From: Escherichia coli
GTDB taxonomy: Bacteria; Pseudomonadota; Gammaproteobacteria; Enterobacterales; Enterobacteriaceae
Assembly (NCBI RefSeq): GCF_002854065.1
Contig: NZ_CP024147.1
Length of the DNA stretch: 64,000 nucleotides
Direction: 5' to 3' (one strand)
Both the position numbers and the translations under genes were made by a program. Positions 56,920 through 64,000 of this stretch are shown piece by piece. The notes beneath the pieces are model-generated. The model ran no database searches. It was not told the DNA's origin and saw nothing but the letters and a program-made list of their open reading frames with translations. Numbering within the stretch: position 1 is the first letter of the stretch; the number at the start of each line of letters is the position of its first letter.

Positions 56920-57772
56920 GAACCTGTACATAGATTTGTGTAATCGCCTGATTTTGATATGTTCAATCCAGCATCATATGAAGGTTAATTTATGGATGAA
57001 AAACAGTTACAGGCTCTGGCTAACGAACTGGCCAAAAACCTCAAAACCTCTGAAGACCTCAGTCAGTTTGATCGGCTGCTGAAAAAGCTCAGCGTTGAAG
57101 CCGCTCTCAATGCTGAGATGACACACCATCTTGGGTATGAGAAAAATCAGCCCAGACTAGGAGCTAACTCCCGCAACGGTTATTCCACAAAGACCGTTAT
57201 CACAGGCGACGGTCCACTGGAACTGCGTACTCCGCGCGATCGTGACGGTACCTTCGAACCACAACTGGTAAAGAAAAATCAGACCCGTATTACCGGGATG
57301 GATAACCAGATCCTCTCGTTGTATGCCAAAGGGATGACCACTCGTGAGATAGCTGCTGCGTTCAAAGAACTGTATGACGCAGATGTTTCACCGGCGCTGA
57401 CAGCCGAAGCTGGCAGGCTAACTGGCCGAATCTTGCCACGTTCTTCGCTTATCCAACGGACATCCGCAAAGTGATCTATACGACGAATGCCATCGAGTCG
57501 CTAAACAGCGTGATCCGCCATGCGATCAAAAAGCGTAAAGTGTTCCCGACAGACGACTCGGTGAAAAAAGTGGTGTGGCTGGCAATCCAGTCTGCGTCCC
57601 AGAAATGGACGATTCCGTTGAAGGACTGGCGAATGGCAACGAGCCGCTTGGAACTGTAAATATCACATAGTTTTTGCGCCAAAATACCGAAGACAGGTGT
57701 TCTACAGAGAGAAGCGTAGAGCAATAGGCTGTATTTTGAGGAAGCTGTGTGAGTGGAAAAGTGTACAGATTC
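56920..57772 (+). mobile_element. IS256-family (IS1414-like) element with internal deletion of the catalytic core
   Basis: Ends gaacctgtaca... and ...tgtacagattc. Track ORF 56992..57474 is the transposase N-terminus (MDEKQLQALANELAKNLKTSEDL...REIAAAFKELYDADVSPAL). Track ORF 57471..57659 is the C-terminal IYTTNAIESLNSVIR... segment. The junction is near 57400-57425. Confidence 0.7.
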
Positions 57773-57903
57773 TGGAAGCTGAATACTGTGCAAATCCCGC
57801 CCCAAATGAGCGCATACGGAAGTGTTCTGCGCTGGTTTTGCCGTACTCCTTCATGGGCCGGTTATTCATATCCGTCAGTAAATCCCAAAAACGTACATTC
57901 AAC
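57773..57903 (-). pseudogene. IS21-family istA remnant, distal piece (continues at 60429)
   Basis: Minus-strand reading LLTDMNNRPMKEYGKTSAEHF resembles the IstA l..lN.rpfk..g.SR..F region. It is contiguous with 60429+ once the IS66-family element and one TSD copy are removed. Confidence 0.5.
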
Positions 57904-57958
57904 GTAAGCATCCGGTGAACTCGCATGGCGCGATCACCGGCGTTATGGCAGGGCGTAT

Positions 57959-59635
57959 TCAGTCCGCCGGATGGCGGTAAGGCAGCAGTTCATCCAGCCG
58001 GGACGCCGTCCATGACGGCAGCTTCTCCAGCACATCTCGCAGCCAGACTACTGGCTCCAGACCGTTCAGCCTCGCCGTGTGCAGCAGCGTCAGCAGCTCC
58101 GCCAGCCGCTCTCCTCCCCGCAGCGAACCCGCGAACAGCCATGACTTCCGCCCCTGCGCCACCGGACGCATCATCTACTCACTCCGGTTGTTGTCCAGCG
58201 GTACCCGTCCGTCATTCAGGTATGTTTCCAGCGCCGGCCAACGCTTCAGGGCATACGTCACCGCACCGTGCAGCCTGCCACCCGGCGCGCTCGTCTTTTC
58301 CGTCGCCCTCAGCCAGCTGTGGAACGCCTCCATCTGCGGCTTCGCGTACCGCCGTCGCCATCGCCATTTCTGCTCTGCCGGACGCTGCCGGATGGTCTGC
58401 TCCAGGATATACAGCGCCCGTATCTGTTTCAGCGCCTCCTTCGCCCCCGGACTGCCGTTCATTCTGTACAGCTCCATGAACTTTCTGCGCACGTGCGCCA
58501 TGCACCCCGCCTCACAGATACCCGGTGCCGCCGGAGGGGCCCCTTCCTGCCCGTCACGGAACAGCGCCCGGTAACCGGCATAACCGTCAGCCACCAGAGT
58601 CCCCGACCACCCGCTCAGCATCTCACACGCATACTGCCCCGCACGCCCCGGACGGCAGTCGTACACCACGATGTCCCGGGCACTGCCCGCCGCACTCACG
58701 TATGCTCACAGGTACCCTTTCCGGACTTTCCCTTTCCGCGTATCCAGTATCTGCAGCGGCGTCTCGTCCGCCTGCAGCACCGGTTGCCTGAGCAGGTCAC
58801 GTTTCAGGGCTGCCGCCAGCGGCGACAGCACCGCCGCCGTCGGCCCGAACCAGTCCGTCAGCGTGCTTTCCGGCAACTGTACCCCTTCACGGGCGTATAT
58901 CTTCTGCTGCCGCTGCAGTGACAGGTGATCCAGCACCTTCGCGGTCACCACCTGCGCCAGCAGACCCGGACCCGGCTGCCCTTTGTCGATGACTGCCGGC
59001 GGCAGCACGGCACTGTGCACCGTGTCGCAGCACGGGCAACTGTACTGCGGTCTCACGGTCCGTTTCACCACGAAGTGTGCCGGTACATACTCCAGCACCT
59101 CATTCACCTCGTCGCGGATATGTCGCATTTCACTTCCGCAGTCCGGACAGGTGCTACCGGTCTCAGGCATGAGTACGGTTTCCTGTCGCGGCAGGTGTGC
59201 CGGCAGGGGGTGACGGGCCGGCTTCTTCCCGGTTTTCTCCTTCACCGGCAGCAGGTCGCTCAGTTGCCGGGTGATATCAGCCTCATCGCTGGCCGCGTCC
59301 TCATCTGCCAGTGGTTTCTGGCTGGCCGGGAGGCGCTCGCTTTTACGCCCGAAGCGCCACTGGTGGGCCAGCTTCAGGGCCTCCTCCAGCTCCCGGATGC
59401 GCTGTTCATATGCGGTTTTTTCTGCCTGCATGGCGGCATTAAGGTCATGGATACGCTGTTCCAGCGTGGTGGTGACGGTATTCAGGTTATGGAGGCGCTG
59501 TTCCAGCGTGGTGTTGACGGTATTCAGGTTATGAAGGCGCTGCTCATATTCGCATGCCTGTGCCGTCAGCAGCGCTGTTGCCAGACGGCGCAGTTCATCG
59601 GGGTTTTGTGTGGTGTTCAGGATGTCATCTGTCAT
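57959..59635 (-). pseudogene. IS66-family TnpC transposase with two in-frame nonsense codons
   Basis: Track ORFs 58706..59635, 58175..58699 and 57959..58174 share one frame. TGA at 58706-58708 (context GYL*AYV, normally GYLW) and TAG at 58175-58177 (context NNRSE*MMRP). Confidence 0.88.
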
Positions 59636-59709
59636 GCAGCCATGATGACAGAGGCGGGCGGGAACATCCTGATAAGAAGCTGCCCGTATTATGATTCTGG
59701 CACAGGAGG

Positions 59710-60048
59710 TTATTCAGTCCACCTCTGCAGGGGGCTGGCAGAGAGACGCAGCCAGTCAACGCCGGCGGTAAGCCAGGCGAACTGTTCCGCCGTGAGCGAC
59801 CAGGTGGTGTCGCCGTCGCGGGGCCAGCGGAAGGCGCCCTGGTGCAGGCGGCGGGTGCAGAGCCAGACGCCGTGGCGGTCCCACATCAGGAGTTTCATGC
59901 GGGTGCGTTTTTTCCCGGTGAAGAGGAAGGCTTCGCCTTCCCGGGGCGGATGCCCGGCGGCCTGAGTGGCGAGTCGCGTCAGGGAGTCGATGCCGGCGCG
60001 TATGTCAGCAGGCTCGCGGACGAGCCAGAGGGAATGAGGGCTCAGCAC
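59710..60048 (-). CDS. IS66-family TnpB (orf2)
   Basis: 112-aa ORF ...VREPADIRAGIDSLTRLA...KLLMWDRHGVWLCTRRLHQGAFRWP..., the conserved IS66 Orf2 signature. Confidence 0.88.
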   Translation of the reverse strand: MLSPHSLWLVREPADIRAGIDSLTRLATQAAGHPPREGEAFLFTGKKRTRMKLLMWDRHGVWLCTRRLHQGAFRWPRDGDTTWSLTAEQFAWLTAGVDWLRLSASPLQRWTE

Positions 60049-60329
60049 AGGTTAAGCTCCCGGATGATGGCGGCGATGCCGGCCGGAGAGGCGGTGACGC
60101 AGACGCACTGAAGTTTCAGGGTGGCAGTGTCACTGACGGAGAGGGTGACCGGCAGGATGGCTGGTCTGTTATCAGCCGGAGCGGGGCCACGGGCGTCGTC
60201 AGCGGAGAAGGCGCGGCAGAGATGCCAGAAAGTTTTGTTGTTGATGCCGTGTTGCCGGGCATACGCGGTCCGGGACATGCCGCTGACGCGCCAGGCGTCG
60301 TAGTGCTGGCGTCGCTGCGCCGGGGTCAT
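60042..60329 (-). CDS. IS66-family TnpA (orf1)
   Basis: 95-aa ORF; first gene of the element; overlaps the tnpB start. Confidence 0.8.
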   Translation of the reverse strand: MTPAQRRQHYDAWRVSGMSRTAYARQHGINNKTFWHLCRAFSADDARGPAPADNRPAILPVTLSVSDTATLKLQCVCVTASPAGIAAIIRELNLC

Positions 60330-60428
60330 TTTTTTGCCATCAGTTTTCTCTCTTTTGCATATAAAGGAAGAACCTGCAGAATGGCGTGGTTCACAACGGC
60401 CGGCAATGCGAGTTCACCGGATGCTTAC

Positions 60429-60800
60429 CATTCAACGTCCTGAGTGCATGGAAGGTTTCATTATGGATACGGGCAAGCAGCTATCTTTCAACGGTGAAAA
60501 CACCGTTTTTTGTGCTTTTGGTTTGCGTGGGTGAACCGGTATGATAACCGTACCATAGTACTCTGCAGGGCCTGGTTACTGTCGTGGATGACAGGAACAT
60601 AGCGCTGCGCTTCTTAGTTTATCGGGGCTGAGCAGCTTCGGTACGTTGCTCAAGTAGGTCAGGCAGTGGCCGTGAGTATTTAACCATGTCATCATACCCT
60701 GACCTTCACACGCTTCAGCGTAGGTATAGTAAGATGCCCCCCCATGGCCACGGAAATTGCCACGCGTATCCCCGGCACAATACCAGAAAATGAAAGAAGC
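60429..60800 (-). pseudogene. IS21-family istA remnant, proximal piece
   Basis: Minus-strand reading ...ASYYTYAEACEGQGMMTWLNTHGHCLTYLSNVPKLLSPDKLRSA... and ...AEYYGTVIIPVHPRKPKAQ... parallels IstA (..F.YFGGVP..lv.DNLksAv / HYgt.i.P.rPr.PkDKa), with stops and frameshifts. Confidence 0.55.
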
Positions 60801-60899
60801 GGAGGGAGGATAGACTTGTTACGCCTTCTGCTCTACATAAAAATTTTCCGGAAGCTGTCAGAAAAGAACTAATGACCTTAGGTACATTCATGGAAACGG

Positions 60900-61447
60900 T
60901 AAAGATTCTCTTACATAACTATTAAATCGACGCTTTATTCTGACGATTATGCGGCGGAAAATCTCTATCGCGTTGCACTCACGTAAACAATTCTCCCTTG
61001 CCATGCTGGATATTGATTATCCTCAAGAAAATTAATAATCGTTATAGACATAATTCCGAGGGTAATACACAGAAAAATTTCTCTTCGATGATTTGTGAGC
61101 ATATTCTCATCAGTGCTTATGTTTTCCTCTATGGTGCCGAAGGATTTATTATTTTGTTTGTCGAAACAGAATTATCACACGCTAAAATCATTCTCGAAAA
61201 TCTACGTAACAAAATGGCTGGTTTGCGTATCCAAGCCTTAGTCAGTGAAAGGTTTTCGGTCACGGACAATATTGGCGTCGACGAATATGATTTTTATCCT
61301 GACTATAACCTATTGATAGAAAGGGAGGGCGTTTTATTACGCCAAAAGTCAGGATCGAAACCGGATAGACGTCTTTCTGCTACTGATGACAAACTGCTGA
61401 TTTTTCGTCATTGTCACGCGAAACCAGTAGATCCGAACCAAGTATGA
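60900..61447 (+). pseudogene. GGDEF-domain (diguanylate cyclase) remnant, N-terminally truncated and decayed
   Basis: DSLT*LLNRRFI...SLAMLDIDY in one frame, then a shift to LKKINNRYRHNSEGNTQK...VFLYGAEGFIILF (track ORF 60998..61447). The GG(D/E)EF site is degenerate (GAEGF). Confidence 0.6.
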
Positions 61448-61494
61448 TATGATAATTCGTCAGATAACTAACGATAAAAGCGAGCGGGAGGCAC

Positions 61495-62166
61495 ATGTTA
61501 ATTCCAGAAATTAAACAGGAAAGGCTCTATCAAAAGATAGCGAATCTTATTATTAAGCTCATCAATGATAATGTCTTTCCGCCAGGTAGTTTTTTACCTC
61601 CAGAGCGTGAGCTGGCGAAACAACTGGGAGTTAGTCGTTCATCGCTGAGAGAAGCTCTTATTGTTCTTGAGATATCTGGCTGGATTATTATTCAGTCTGG
61701 TAATGGGATTATTGTCAGTGATAATAAACACTCTCCAGTCGATTACACTATCGAAGAAATTCTTTATGTCCGTGATTTAGTTGATAGTCATTGTGCCCGA
61801 CTTGCAGCACTGGCTAATAATGAAACAATAATTAATAAAATTGAGTTACTCCATTTCCGAATGGAAAATTCCATTCATGAAAATAATGTGGCTGAATTTT
61901 ATATGCTTGATAAGCAGTTTCATCTGACCATTTCTGAAGCCAGCCATAATAGGGTGTTGTTAGATATGTCACGGATGCTTTGGGAGCAGCGTGTCAATAT
62001 ACCTTATGCTGGGCTGGATAAACGTTCCGGCGATAAGAATGTACTTATCAAACTTAATCAACAGCATAAAGCAATTATTGAGGCGATTCGTGCAGGAAAT
62101 GCAGACAATGCCTTGCAACGGGCACTGCTACATTTGAAGTATGTGCGAGAAATAATTGGTTATTAA
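61495..62166 (+). CDS. GntR/FadR-family transcriptional regulator
   Basis: 223-aa ORF. N-terminal winged HTH (LPPERELAKQLGVSRSSLREALIVLEISGWIIIQSGNG) plus a helical FCD-type C-terminal domain. Confidence 0.88.
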   Translation: MLIPEIKQERLYQKIANLIIKLINDNVFPPGSFLPPERELAKQLGVSRSSLREALIVLEISGWIIIQSGNGIIVSDNKHSPVDYTIEEILYVRDLVDSHCARLAALANNETIINKIELLHFRMENSIHENNVAEFYMLDKQFHLTISEASHNRVLLDMSRMLWEQRVNIPYAGLDKRSGDKNVLIKLNQQHKAIIEAIRAGNADNALQRALLHLKYVREIIGY

Positions 62167-62205
62167 CCTTTTCTGCGCTGAATAAATATACCTCCGGTAT
62201 AGCCG

Positions 62206-62418
62206 TAATGCCGATCAGTTAAGGATCAGTTGACCGATCCAGTGGCTGTGTAAGAATCCGGAAACGCTCACTCGTTTCCGGATTTTTTATGCACATGGGA
62301 CAGGCCCTTGATCTGGTATCCCGTTACGATTCTCTGCGTAACCCACTGACTTCTCTGGGAGATTACCTCGACCCCGAACTCATCTCTCGTTGCCTTGCCG
62401 AATCAGGTACTGTAACAG
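62206..62418 (+). mobile_element. IS4 left-end fragment (terminal repeat plus first ~43 codons of the transposase)
   Basis: taatgccgatcagttaaggatcagttgaccgatccagtggc... followed by [43 protein letters not shown], matching the IS4 transposase N-terminus. Homology stops abruptly after that. Confidence 0.85.
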
Positions 62419-63884
<1,466 letters not shown>

Positions 63885-64000
63885 CCACTACACCTGACCG
63901 GTAGCAGACAAGCCCAGTCCTCCTGTAACAATAAAAGGGGTACCAAGTCGCAACCACCGAAATTTCCGGAATGCACAAATTTTGCGCTCGGCAACCTGTA

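Larger units (their letters stand above)
57904..60428 (-). mobile_element. IS66-family element (2525 bp) with 23-bp perfect terminal inverted repeats and 8-bp target duplication cattcaac
   Basis: gtaagcatccggtgaactcgcat at 57904 and its exact complement ending at 60428. cattcaac at 57896-57903 and 60429-60436. Has the tnpA-tnpB-tnpC gene order. Confidence 0.93.

Noticed and set aside
56920-57772. EAST1 (astA) enterotoxin frame inside the IS1414-like element
   Set aside because: I could not find the Cys-rich EAST1 peptide in any frame. The region that would carry it appears to be within the internal deletion.
57925-59965. Long plus-strand ORFs (184, 165, 217 and 346 aa), Pro/Arg/Ala-rich
   Set aside because: They are antisense to the GC-rich IS66-family tnpB/tnpC genes. 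Their composition is what a GC-rich antisense frame produces. The minus-strand frames carry the conserved IS66 motifs.

Overview
Escherichia coli-type chromosomal segment. Bases 1-34667 are conserved core, in the gene order I recall for K-12: folC (partial), accD, dedA, truA, usg, pdxB, flk, yfcJ, fabB, mnmC, yfcL, epmC, yfcA, mepA, aroC, prmB, smrB, the yfcOPQRSUV chaperone-usher fimbrial operon, sixA, fadJ, fadI, yfcZ, fadL, a yfdF-like AT-rich gene, mlaA and yfdC. The core ends at tRNA-Arg(CCU) argW. One IS1 with a 9-bp target duplication sits between yfcV and sixA. From 34668 to the right edge is an argW-integrated genomic island. It carries a P4-type integrase, an AT-rich spacer and a PapB-like regulator split by an IS3-like element. 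A defence-type block follows on the minus strand: a 159-aa ORF; a PD-(D/E)xK nuclease plus STAND-like NTPase gene broken by a single in-frame TAA; a GC-rich non-coding module bounded by 14-nt inverted repeats; a 3-TM protein; and an intact TerB-protein / DUF2791-type ATPase / DEAD-box helicase operon with the architecture of the Shango anti-phage system. The remainder is an IS graveyard: IS21-family fragments, a second IS1, IS600 nested in a dead group II intron, an internally deleted IS256-family element, an IS66-family element with an 8-bp TSD inside an IS21 istA remnant, IS4 and IS66 fragments, and an IS911-like element. Cargo is interspersed: an MFS transporter with a Zn-dehydrogenase, a decayed GGDEF gene and a GntR regulator. 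No rRNA and no CRISPR array were seen. The ORF track uses GTG/TTG starts, so several track ORFs carry artificial N-terminal extensions; I trimmed these where I recognised the protein.
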